A DNA stretch of 37,270 nucleotides from Macrostomum lignano (lineage: Eukaryota), in the NCBI GenBank assembly GCA_002269645.1, contig NIVC01003367.1, positions 1-37,270 of the forward strand. Direction: 5' to 3'. This document shows positions 11,143 through 21,541 of this stretch, piece after piece. Made by a program: the position numbers and the translations under genes. Within the stretch, counting starts at the first letter, position 1; each line of letters starts with the position of its first letter. The notes under the pieces are model-generated. The model did not search any database. It was not told the origin of the DNA and was given only the letters and a program-made list of their open reading frames with translations.

Positions 11143-11356
11143 TTATTTAGAGAAACGGAGCTGTGTGCACACTGGCACACTTTAGGCGACCATTCCGCCG
11201 ACTCCCCTGAGCAGGCACACACTCACATAGGAGTGTACAGCGGCCCTAACTTTATTTATCGTTATAGGCATGTACACTTCAGTGTGAATTGGGAGTTGCC
11301 CATCAAGGCCGTTAATTAATGTGACATCAAAGCTCCATGCTTGACCACTGGGCTAC
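11143..11356 (-). mobile_element. Internally deleted copy of the tRNA-derived SINE, antisense in the Wee1 intron
   Basis: The reverse complement matches the 7390-7754 SINE in blocks (GTAGCCCAG head, GAAGTGTACATGCC, AAAGTTAGGGCCGCTGTA, CTCAGGGGAGTCGGCGGAATGG, 3' end); the B-box region is missing. Confidence 0.85.
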
Positions 11357-11418
11357 TATTGATTTAATTTGTATTTTCGATACATATCGGTATATAATTC
11401 ACATACGCATATCCGCAG

Positions 11419-12165
11419 GAGCTGTGGGCCATGGCCAGTCTCAGCGAGCACCATCCCAATATTGTGTCCTACTACGGCTGCTGGGTCCAGTTCGACCGGC
11501 TGTACATCCAGCTGGAGTTCTGCAACGGCCTCTGTCTGGCCTCCTACCTGGCAGACGAGCAGCTCACCAGCCTGTCAGCGCCTCAGCAGCGTCGCCACCT
11601 GCCGCCTCATCGCCAGCGTCAATTAGGCTTGGAAATTGGCAGCGCCCTAGAGTTTATGCACTCCGAGGGCTTGGCGCATCTGGACTGCAGCACTGGCAAT
11701 ATCTTGTTGAAGGCGCCGCGCGCCAGCCTGCCGCCGAGTCTGGCGCCGTTAGCGAGGCGCGCCTCCCTAGCCAGGCTGGCCGCATCGCGAGTTGACCGAC
11801 TGATTTTCAAGCTGGGCGATTTCGGACACGCCCGAGACTGGCGCGATATTGACAATCTGGAGGATGGCGCTGGCCGGTTCATGCCGATGGACGCGCTGGA
11901 CCTTCAGCGCCATCCGGATGCTCGTCTGGTTGACAATTACTCGCTTGGCCTGTGCCTGATCGAGGCGGCTGGGAGACGGATTCCAGCTTCCATGGATAGC
12001 GCCGAGGATGAGGCTGAGAAGCTGAGACTGCTGGAGAGTGGACTCATCGATAAGCCGCAGGCGATGCTGGATTCCATGTACAATTTGGTGCTGCGGTTGA
12101 TTAGGCCTGATCCTGAGCAGCGCTTGAGTCTGGACTGCCTGCTCAGAAGTTTGTCCTCTCTTTGA
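11419..12165 (+). CDS. wee1: Wee1-like kinase exon 2 (rest of the kinase domain)
   Basis: Acceptor CCGCAG|GAG, phase 0, giving IQ|ELWAM; HPNIVSYYGCW, LYIQLEFCNG, HLDCSTGN, FKLGDFGH, EDGAGRFM, DNYSLG, LIRPDPEQR; stop TGA at 12163-12165. Confidence 0.9.
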   Translation, partial: ELWAMASLSEHHPNIVSYYGCWVQFDRLYIQLEFCNGLCLASYLADEQLTSLSAPQQRRHLPPHRQRQLGLEIGSALEFMHSEGLAHLDCSTGNILLKAPRASLPPSLAPLARRASLARLAASRVDRLIFKLGDFGHARDWRDIDNLEDGAGRFMPMDALDLQRHPDARLVDNYSLGLCLIEAAGRRIPASMDSAEDEAEKLRLLESGLIDKPQAMLDSMYNLVLRLIRPDPEQRLSLDCLLRSLSSL

Positions 12166-12244
12166 CACCAGCTGTACCTTTTAAATTAGCGGTTACTCAT
12201 GCTTTTGCAGACTGTTGCGTGAGATTCTTATGTTTGTAGTTTTT

Positions 12245-13390
12245 ATGGGTGAGATTCTGGTGTCTAATGGGTGAGATTCTAGTGTCTGATAGGTGAGATT
12301 CTTAGTGTCTAATTAATGAGATTCTTAGTGTCTAATGGGTGAGATTCTTAGTGTCTAATGGGTGAGATTCTAGTGTCTGATAGGTGAGATTCTAGTGACT
12401 AGTAGGTGAGATTCTAGTGTCTAATTAATGAGATTCTTAGTGTCTAATTAATGAGATTCTTAGTGTCTAATGGGTGAGATTCCGGTGTCTAATGGGTGAG
12501 ATTCTAGAGTCTAATGAGTGAGATTCCATTTGTCTACTGGGTGAGATTCTAGTGTCTATGCCTAATAGGTGAGATTCCATTTGTCTACTGGGTGAGATTC
12601 TAGTGTCTATGCCTAATAGGTGAGATTCCATTTGTCTAATGGGTGAGATTCTAGTGTCTATGCCTAATAGGTGAGATTCCATTTGTCTAATGGGTGAGAT
12701 TCCATTTGTCTAATGAGTGAGATTCAAGGTACTAATGGGTGAGATTATAGTGTCTAATTGGTGAGATTCTTAGTGTCTAATTGGTGAGATTCTTAGTGTC
12801 TAATTGGTGAGATTCTTAGTGTCTAATTGGTGAGATTCTTAGTGTCTAATTGGTGAGATTCTTAGTGTCTAATTGGTGAGATTCTTAGTGTCTAATTGGT
12901 GAGATTCTTAGTGTCTAATTGGTGAGATTCTTAGTGTCTAATTGGTGAGATTCTTAGTGTCTAATTGGTGAGATTCTTAGTGTCTAATTGGTGAGATTCT
13001 TAGTGTCTAATTGGTGAGATTCTTAGTGTCTAATTGGTGAGATTCTTAGTGTCTAATTGGTGAGATTCTTAGTGTCTAATTGGTGAGATTCTAGTGTCTA
13101 ATTGGTGAGATTCTTAGTGTCTAATTGGTGAGATTCTTAGTGTCTAATTGGTGAGATTCTTAGTGTCTAATTGGTGAGATTCTTAGTGTCTAATTGGTGA
13201 GATTCTTAGTGTCTAATTGGTGAGATTCTTAGTGTCTAATTGGTGAGATTCTAGTGTCTAATTGGTGAGATTCTTAGTGTCTAATAGGTGAGATTCCATT
13301 TGTCTAATGGGTGAGATTTAAGGTTCTAATGGGTGAGATTCAAGGTTCTAATGGTTGAGATTCTACTGTCTAATGGGTGAGATTGTGGTG
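12245..13390. repeat. 22-23-bp minisatellite (TTGGTGAGATTCTTAGTGTCTAA)n just 3' of the Wee1 stop
   Basis: Homogeneous 23-bp core at about 12765-13285 with degenerate flanks. Confidence 0.95.
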
Positions 13391-14009
13391 TTTTGTAGCT
13401 GAATAAGACTCACTGTCTATTGCTAGAGATTTTGGTCCGCAATAGTCTGGTATATGCTGGTAGTCTTCAGTGTGTAAAAATTCAATGCCTTGTGCAGTGT
13501 CTGGTGCATTTCCTATGTCTGAACAGGCTAACTGCAAATTTGTGCTCCAATAGATTATTCTTGCTCAAGTTTACATAAAAATTTTTTTGCATTTCTTTAA
13601 TACAGCTATCTTATTGAACTTGCAAGTTTAGTATAATGATTTGATGCTAATTACTATAGTCTAAGTCAGTTAAGTCATCAGAGCATTTCTTGCGTGACAA
13701 GACCTAACAGCTTAAGTGTAAAATATTCAGTAACTATAATTAGTACGCATATATGCTGTGTTTTTCCCTAGTTTAAATACAGAAATTACAAACGCCGGCC
13801 AATAAATATAAAAGTGCATTGAACCTTTATTTGCTTCCGTTTTGTGGTGGCAGTGCTAGAATCAAATTATAAACAATTTTGGACTGTCTGGTTGTTTTAA
13901 TGCTTCATGTTCTACGAAGTACCTTGCACATATGGAATTGAAAGACAAACAGACAATAACAGACATGAGGACAAATAGGCGACAGACAGGTAGAGAAAAG
14001 TACCTGTCA

Positions 14010-14580
14010 CATAGATAAGTAGATACAGAGAGGTAGAGACATAGACAGAAAGGTAGATACAGAGAGGTAGAGACAGACAGAGATGTAGAGACATAGACAG
14101 AGAGGTAGAGACAGACAGAGAGGTAGAGACATAGACAGAGAGGTAGAGACATAGACAGAGAGGTAGAGACATAGACAGAGAGGTAGAGACATAGACAGAG
14201 AGGTGGAGACATAGACAGAGAGGTAGAGACATAGACAGAGAGGTAGAGACATAGACAGAGAGGTAGAGACATAGACAGAGAGGTAGAGACATAGACAGAG
14301 AGATAGAGACATAGACAGAGAGGTAGAGACATAGACAGAGAGGTAGAGACATAGACAGAGAGGTAGAGACATAGACAGAGAGGTGGAGACATAGACAGAG
14401 AGGTAGAGACAGACAGAGATGTAGAGACATAGACGGAAAGGTAGATACAGATAGACAGAGGTAGAGACATAGACAGAGAAGTAGGGACGGATAGACAGAG
14501 AGGTAGAGATGGACAGAGAGGTAGATACAGACAGAAGTAGAGACATGGAGAGGTAGGGACAGGTAGACAGATACAGATAG
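14010..14580. repeat. 20-bp minisatellite (AGACATAGACAGAGAGGTAG)n
   Basis: Tandem units read directly; source of the minus-strand SLSMSLPLCLC ORFs. Confidence 0.95.
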
Positions 14581-14978
14581 ACCCATAGATGCTATGCAAA
14601 AAAATTGGAATAGCAAAACCGATTTCGACAATGTTGGTCTCGTTTTAATGCTGAATAACGTAGGCGGAAAGGTTCCCGAAAACTTCGAAATGTTTTGATG
14701 CAGAAAGCCCCTATTTTCCAACAGATTTAGAAGAAACTGATGGGAATCAATGAAGGCCAATCGAGAATCAAGTTCCGTCTTTTTCTGTTTCGTCTCCATT
14801 TCAGCCTCCATGTGTTCCCTGGTTAATTGTGGCATAAGTATAAGTTCTTTCCGCTTTTTCTCTCTTCTGGGCCGAATTTCCCGGCTCAGAGGCGAGAGCT
14901 TAATTGTTACTTGGCCGGGCTATTGCTAATTATAGAACTCCTTGGCCTATAGGCGAGCTCGAAGCCAGGGACTTTGGG

Positions 14979-15106
14979 CCATAGAAAGAAACGGAAAGAA
15001 TATACTTCTTCCCCACTCGGCTGGGCCAAGGACAACTTGATCACTCAGGATCGGAAACGAGCCAATTCATGGCGAAAAAAGTATGAGGCTCGTTTAAAAG
15101 CATTGT
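14979..15106. mobile_element. CCATAGA-ended MITE copy (one end lost), inverted relative to 16734-17589
   Basis: 15026-15106 is the near-perfect reverse complement of 16741-16818. CCATAGAAAGAAACGG at 14979 matches the reverse complement of CCGTGTCTGTCTATGG ending at 17589. Confidence 0.65.
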
Positions 15107-16033
15107 AATTATACTTTTACCCAGACGCAATGAAAAAATATTTTGGCCATTATTCCACAGTTTTGATGTGTGAAACTCTTTCAATCCATAGACATTTGGA
15201 TTGAAAAAATCCATCGCTCAGTATTTTTGTTAATAAATACAGAAAAACAAGAAGTAAATGAACAAAAAGGATAAATCATTAAAACTAAAGTACCAGCTAC
15301 ACGAAAAGAGTTAATAATAAATGTCACAGCTAGTGCAGTTTATCAGTTTGTAGTCGAAATTTGACAATGTGAAAATCAATTTGTCACCCAAAGTGAAGCA
15401 TACACAGTTCTCAAAGCCGCAGTTTCCAAAGATGCTCGACACTTTAGCCTGATGATTTGGCACTGCAAAAGGAGTTGGTCTATGTTGAATGTTTTCTATG
15501 AAAGAGAAATACAGGTGCTCCAGTATAGTTGCCGAACTTACCATTTGAAAGATGCACGACTTGGTTAAGTTGGCATGCGTCTGATGGGCTTCTTTGGTAT
15601 CGCAGTATCCAAGCTGGTATTCTTTGGGACTGTCGGCTGCTCGACTGAATCGATTGGCCGCTTTCAGGCATCGTTTATAGCCGTCGAGGCGTTGAAGACT
15701 GCATGGTCGCGTTTTTTTCCTAGGTAGCGCCGCACGGTTCGTTCAGTCGTCGACAGAAAGATTTTTTCAATTAATAAGCGCGACTGTTTGACGAGATGCA
15801 CTATAGCCATAGTTGTTTGACAAGACAAATAGCTTTTTCTCCCACTACTCGCTTTCCTGATTTCTTGCAAGACGCAAGCAAAATCAGCACTCATCACAGT
15901 GTGTCTATGGTCAAACTAAGCCACACAACTCAGTCGTCTATGGGTAAAACAACTCTTAAAACAGCCAATTGAAGCATGATAAAAAGTGTGGAATAATGAC
16001 TGAGCGCTGAGTGAAAGTATAAATACAATGCAC

Positions 16034-16143
16034 TTGTATAGTATGCAACTGAGTTGAATAATGGCCATAGACCACAAAGCCGCAGTTTGCGCTACGCGCA
16101 CTCGAGTTTTGGCCATTATTCAACTCAGTTGCATACTATACAA
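16034..16143. repeat. Perfect 34-bp inverted repeat with 42-bp spacer (mini-MITE/hairpin)
   Basis: TTGTATAGTATGCAACTGAGTTGAATAATGGCCA (16034-16067) and its exact reverse complement (16110-16143). Confidence 0.85.
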
Positions 16144-16148
16144 TCTAC

Positions 16149-16746
16149 CATTGTTCTATGGCCCATCCGTATGCTCATGCTTTCAGTTGCCAATGTAAAC
16201 TCTTATCATATTTGACTTTTTGATACGAGCGTAGGCAGTCAGAAGGCGGGTGCAGGGTCGGTTTTCTTAAATGTTGAATAGTTTTATCACATAAAGTAAA
16301 CGTCGTGAAAATACACAATGGGAAAGCTGTACATGCAGCACATGTATAAGGAAACTCGAGAAAAATTTACGATTCTTTCTTCATCTGAAGTACAAACAGA
16401 GAGGAAAATAACAGTCAGAACGGGAAAAGAGCTGACTATGATAAATAGTGAAGTGTTTGCTCCAGGCTCGCTCACTGTCCACTCAGCTTCAGTATTTTTC
16501 TGTAGAGACAGTCGCCAAGCCTCTCGTTCAGTTGCATCTTTAGGAAACGAAAATACTGCAACATTCCGATCACGGTTACTATTGTAGTTTGCACAACAGA
16601 AAATGACGCTGCATTTTTTCGGCATGATATTTAGTTTCAGTAAGAATAAAAGTTTTCTCTCTCTCAATTGCAAGTGCATGCGAAGAACTCAATTTTCAGC
16701 TCAGATTTCTTCGCTTTCGTAGCTTTGGATGGGCCATAGAACAATG
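16149..16746 (-). mobile_element. THAP-domain DNA-transposon relic bounded by a perfect 20-bp inverted repeat
   Basis: CATTGTTCTATGGCCCATCC (16149-16168) / GGATGGGCCATAGAACAATG (16727-16746) enclose a broken THAP reading frame. Confidence 0.7.
16450..16625 (-). pseudogene. Disrupted THAP (C2CH) zinc-finger coding fragment
   Basis: MPKKCSVIFC..FSFPKDATEREAW from ATG 16625 matches the THAP N-terminal pattern. The VCSxHF motif appears as WSKHF (16450-16464) in a shifted frame, with C changed to W. Confidence 0.75.
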
Positions 16747-16823
16747 CTTTTAAACGAGCCTCACTTTTTTCGCCATGAATTGTCCCGTTTCCGGTCCTGA
16801 GTTATCAAGTTGTCCTTGGAGGG

Positions 16824-17564
16824 AGGGTCGTTTCACAAACCCTAATTTTCACAACGTCGAAACCAGAACCTTTCATAAGACCTATATTACATAAACCCTA
16901 ATTTTCACAACGTCGAAAATAAGCAATGCAGCAGATTTCACAAGACCTAAATTTCATAACACCTAAAAGGCATGCACAGAATTTCAAAAGCCCTAAATTT
17001 CACTATCTCTAAATTTCACAAACCCTAAATTTCACAAACCCTAAATATCACAACGTCGAAAATTAAATTTGCTTCTATTTTCAGAAGCTCTAAATTTCAC
17101 AACGCCTAAAAACACTATGGAGATAGAATCTTTCACAAGACCTAAATTTCACAACGCCTAAAAACACTATGGAGATAGAATCTTTCACAAGACCTAAATT
17201 TCACAACGCCTAAAAACACTATGGAGATAGAATCTTTCACAAGACCTAAATTTCACAACGCCTAAAAACACTATGGAGATAGAATCTTTCACAAGACCTA
17301 AATTTCACAACGCCTAAAAACACTATGGAGATAGAATCTTTCACAAGACCTAAATTTTACAACGTCTAAAAGCACGTCTGAAAGATGGTATCTCCATAGT
17401 GTTTTTAGGCGTTGTGAAATTTAGGTCTTGTGAAATTTAGAGCTTATGAAATACTGTGCACAACTTTTCGACGATGTGAAAATTAGAGTTTATGACATTT
17501 AGAGCTTATGAAAGTTTGTGTCTTGCGACGTTGTGAAAAATTTAGGGCTTGTGAAAGCGACCCT
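16824..17564. mobile_element. Modular foldback-like element with internally repeated arms, inserted in a CCATAGA MITE
   Basis: Termini AGGGTCG(C)TTTCACAA / TTGTGAAAGCGACCCT. Arms are built of CTAAATTTCACAA modules, with about five 52-bp units in the left arm and one inverted copy in the right arm (17381-17564). GGG is duplicated at 16821-16823 / 17565-17567, and the host MITE homology resumes on both sides. Confidence 0.75.
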
Positions 17565-18083
17565 GGGCCCCAGCCGTGTCTGTCTATGGTTCAATGCTTT
17601 TTCAGTTCAGAAAAATATAGAGAACATAAAAAGAACTTACGGTGCAGCAACAGAGCAACACGAACAAAGGGTAAACACTGTATATTTGATGCATGCGATG
17701 CACAATATACAATAATATTTGACGCGAAACAGACCACGTCTTTGCACTCCTCAGGTCACAGATCAGGCAAGTTGCACTCCTGCCTCATTCAAATCTTTTT
17801 AAGTCTGTCCACACCACCCTCTCCCGACTCCCTCTCCTCTTCATTCAGGATTTGTCGGGAGACTTTTACTTATAGACCAAGTTTGGAAGACATACCACAA
17901 GATCGAAATGATTTGATGAAGATTTACAATTTATACAGTAGTATGACATATGCTCAAAAAAATGGAAAAAAAAATTTAACATAACAATGTGTCAGCAGTT
18001 TTACAATCTGCGATGTGTCGGTATCGTGATGCTTCGTTCGTGTGAATTTCGACCCCCTAAAAAACTGGATCGCTAATCTATCA

Positions 18084-18267
18084 CAGGGGGTCGGCAATCA
18101 TTTTTATTCTAAAGAGCCAGATAAAGAATCTAGTACGTGTAGCTCGACCATGATAGATGTGAGGAATAAGGTTGGATGGGAGAGAAGATGAAGAGGAGAG
18201 TTGAGATAAGATGAGAAATAAATGAAGCGCTGATCGGGTCGGATTGCTATTGTGGAGTTTCAAAGGA
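18084..18267 (+). mobile_element. Short 3'-truncated relative of the Charlie-like MITE at 973-2051
   Basis: Starts CAGGGGGTCGGCAA; has only about 60 bp of GA-rich core; carries CGGGTCGGATTGCTATTGTGGAGTTTCAAAGGA, matching CGGGCCGGATTGCTATTGTGAAGATTTAAAGGA near 1950-1983. Confidence 0.65.
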
Positions 18268-19209
18268 TTTTCAGGTTTGGATTAAATGAGATTTTGCCAT
18301 AGACATAACCAATCCCGCACGCTTTGGATGCTCAAACGAGATGCCAAATTTTCCAGTTGTCAGGCACCAGGGGAGTCGGGGATCATGTCGGGGAGCGTGT
18401 TTTTTAGTAGTTTAAGTTAATGGAATTCAATTAGTGTAGGAGAACTGTCAGACTCAAATTTGGATTGCTGAGACTTCACTAGCCGAAGTCACTAACCAGA
18501 TTTTTAATTCAACTCGCCATGGGGTGATTAATGTGTGTCTCAATGATTGCTGGCCCTGATTAAAGTAAAGTGATTTTTTCTAAAAACTTTTACACATTTT
18601 CTTTTCCTACATGAATCATCTCTCAATCCAAGCTCAGATATAATCTGCTTCAGATCCCAATTATTGGATTCCCAACCCATCCCGACAATTTCGAGTTCCC
18701 CAGGATTATCCCCATTGCTTGAGTCGGAATCTTAATCAAAATGGTGGCCGACTTACTGGCTTCAGTAAAATTTATTTGGAGCATGACTTGCGGAAATGGT
18801 GAGACATATTCGGAAGTTGACTGGTTTTATTCTGATGTACATGTATAAATTTTCGTTGCAAACTCCAATCCCCGGATTCCTGAAATCGTTATAATTGAAT
18901 ATCCCAGTAATCTCAACTTTTATCCTCGCGTTTTGTTTCTTGGAAATCCCGAACGTCTTTTGTTTCTTTAAGAAATTCTGATTGTCTTAATTGTTTCTAT
19001 TAAAATATGAAATTATGATCTTTTTGGTGTTTCTAAAGGGAATCCGCTTCGTCTCTGGTTCCTGAAAATCCTGATTGTATTCGATTCTTGGAAAATTTGA
19101 ATATCGTTTTTCTCGGAAATCCTGACCCTTTTTGATTCTTTAATATCCTCATCATCCTTGCTTCTAAGAAATCCTGATCGTATCTTAGTTATTGAATTGA
19201 AAATTCTAA

Positions 19210-20125
19210 TCGCCTTTAATTCTTGGAAATCCTGATCATTTCCTTTAATTCTTGGAAATTCCGATCGTCTCCTTTTATTTCTTGGAAATTCCGATCGTCT
19301 CCTTTTATTTCTTGGAAATTCCGATCGTCTCCTTTTATTTCTTGGAAATTCCGATCGTCTCCTTTAATTCTTGGAAATCCTAATCGTCTCCTTTAATTCT
19401 TGGAAATCCTAATCGTCTCCTTTAATTCTTGGAAATCCTAATCGTCTCCTTTAATTCTTGGAAATCCTAATCGTCTCCTTTAATTCTTGGAAATCCTAAT
19501 CGTCTCCTTTAATTCTTGGAAATCCTAATCGTCTCCTTTAATTCTTGGAAATCCTAATCGTCGTCTCCTTTAATTCTTGGAAATCCTAATCGTCTCCTTT
19601 AATTCTTGGAAATTCCGATCGTCTCCTTTTATTTCTTGGAAATTCCGATCGTCTCCTTTAACTCTTGGAAATCCTAATCGTCTCCTTTAACTCTTGGAAA
19701 TCCTAATCGTCTCCTTTAATTCTTCGAAATCCTAATCGTCTCCTTTAATTCTTGGAAATCCTAATCGTCTCCTTTAATTCTTGGAAATCCTAATCGTCTC
19801 CTTTAATTCTTGGAAATCCTAATCGTCTCCTTTAATTCTTGGAAATTCCGATCGTCTCCTTTTATTTCTTGGAAATTCCGATCGTCTCCTTTAACTCTTG
19901 GAAATCCTAATCGTCTCCTTTAACTCTTGGAAATCCTAATCGTCTCCTTTAATTCTTCGAAATCCTAATCGTCTCCTTTAATTCTTGGAAATCCTAATCG
20001 TCTCCTTTAATTCTTGGAAATCCTAATCGTCTCCTTTAATTCTTGGAAATCCTAATCGTCTCCTTTAATTCTTGGAAATCCTAATCGTCTCCTTTATTCT
20101 TGGAAATCCTAGCCGTTTTTGATTC
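19210..20125. repeat. 29-bp minisatellite (TTCTTGGAAATCCTAATCGTCTCCTTTAA)n
   Basis: Tandem units read directly, with degenerate flanks. Confidence 0.95.
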
Positions 20126-20239
20126 TTGGAAATCCTTGTAATTTGTTTCGAAGATCTCATTTTTATAATTATTCAAAGATGTTTCAATCCAATTTTTCTA
20201 TTCTTTTATCTTAATTTCCTGGAAAGTTTAGAAAATCAG

Positions 20240-20552
20240 CTGAATTGGCAGATTTTTACGAGAGTAGAAATGACCAGTTGAGCTGCGAATTCAAAACTTC
20301 ATGCGGATTTGTTAGAACTGGCAATCCCGGCTTCATCTACACCGCTCTGCCCTCACATTGGCGTTTGAACAAAAAATTACCGAACGAGTTTCAAAGTTTT
20401 CGCCCTCGGGTCCGTGCCAGACGGTACCAGGGTGACTCTGAGCACCGGGAATGAGATTAACAGCTCCGCTAAGCTGAGGAATCACGCGACCTGGATGGAG
20501 TCTTAGGTGGCTCGATACGCTGACCTGCGATTCGTTGGACGAATCGTCAGAG
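20240..20552 (+). pseudogene. runx: Runt-domain (RUNX) exon with a +1 frameshift and an in-frame stop
   Basis: FVRTGNPGFIYTALPSHWRLNKKLPNE; an extra T at 20389-20391; then [54 protein letters not shown] (TAG at 20504-20506). Aligns colinearly with RUNX1 [80 protein letters not shown]. Donor AGAG|GTAAC at 20553. Confidence 0.88.
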
Positions 20553-20705
20553 GTAACACCAGACCCCATCAGCTTTATATGACGCAGAACTTATAGAGAT
20601 ACACTGTAGCATTCCTGAGACACATTGTTAGATAACTGAGACACACTGTTGCATCATTGAGACACACTGCTGCATCATTGAGACACACTTTTGCATCTTT
20701 GAGAC

Positions 20706-20707
20706 AC

Positions 20708-20774
<67 letters not shown>

Positions 20775-20789
20775 GGCAGGCAGGCAGGC

Positions 20790-20866
<77 letters not shown>
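20706..20866. repeat. (GACA)n microsatellite
   Basis: Direct reading, with a short (GGCA)n interruption. Confidence 0.97.
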
Positions 20867-20872
<6 letters not shown>

Positions 20873-21338
20873 AATTTCTTTTAACTACATGTATCAGATG
20901 TTTATCCATCAGTTATTAGATATTTGTCAAATAAAACTTTCTGGATGCTTAAAATTTTCGTGCACTACTTATTTCAATGGCACAGTAGTGTACCCCGATG
21001 ATTCGCTATCGCACCAGGTCCTGCCACAAAGCCCTGGCAGCCGCTGGAGCGGCCTGCGGAAATTCCGCTGTCACATCACGTGACCCCGCAGTCGCCAGCC
21101 CAGCAGGCGGCTGGCATGATTCCAATACCAAGTGGTGAAAATTTAGCCCACCATGACAGCGGCTGCCGCTGGGGCCGTGACCATAGACTATCAAAGTGCA
21201 ATTATCGCGTCTGCCGAGAGATTTTCTGAAGGACTTTCTTATTATAATTCTTCTTTGTTCGTAGTTTCCCTTAACTCTGCCGTTTAAAATTGTTATAGAG
21301 TTTTCTTTGCGTTCAATTTAATCAAACATTTTGATAAT

Positions 21339-21434
21339 CCATAGAAATAAAGACTTTCCGTGACAATATTTGCGTTCTCCGGGATTTTATTTGGTAATAT
21401 TCAATAATATCCCGTAAAGTCTTTATGTCTATGG
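21339..21434. mobile_element. 96-bp CCATAGA-ended MITE
   Basis: CCATAGAAATAAAGACTTTCCG versus the reverse complement of CGTAAAGTCTTTATGTCTATGG: 20/22 match. Confidence 0.7.
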
Positions 21435-21443
21435 TTTATACGA

Positions 21444-21541
21444 GATTACACATGCCTTTTTCGGGATTTATTATCATAAATCCCTCGGGCCTCAGGCCCT
21501 CGTGATTTATACAAATAACTCCCTCAAAAGGCATGTTAATC
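21444..21541. repeat. Imperfect ~100-bp palindrome centred on GGGCCTCAGGCCC
   Basis: Arms GATTACACATGCCTTTT..ATAAATC and GATTTAT..AAAAGGCATGTTAATC are reverse complements with scattered mismatches. Confidence 0.7.

Noticed and set aside
12765-13285. CRISPR-like regular repeats (also 19210-20125 and 24255-25960)
   Set aside because: Head-to-tail tandem units with no unique spacers, no cas genes and a eukaryotic intron context.
14585-14920. Minus-strand open frame ..ELILMPQLTREHMEAEMETKQKKTELDSRL..
   Set aside because: Looks protein-like, but has no recognisable family, no supported splice partners, and runs into a satellite.
21018-21229. Phase-1 P/Q-rich open frame that could splice to the Runt exon donor
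   Set aside because: It lacks the expected KSFTLTITV..AIKITVDGPR continuation and a VWRPY-type end; phase compatibility alone is not enough.
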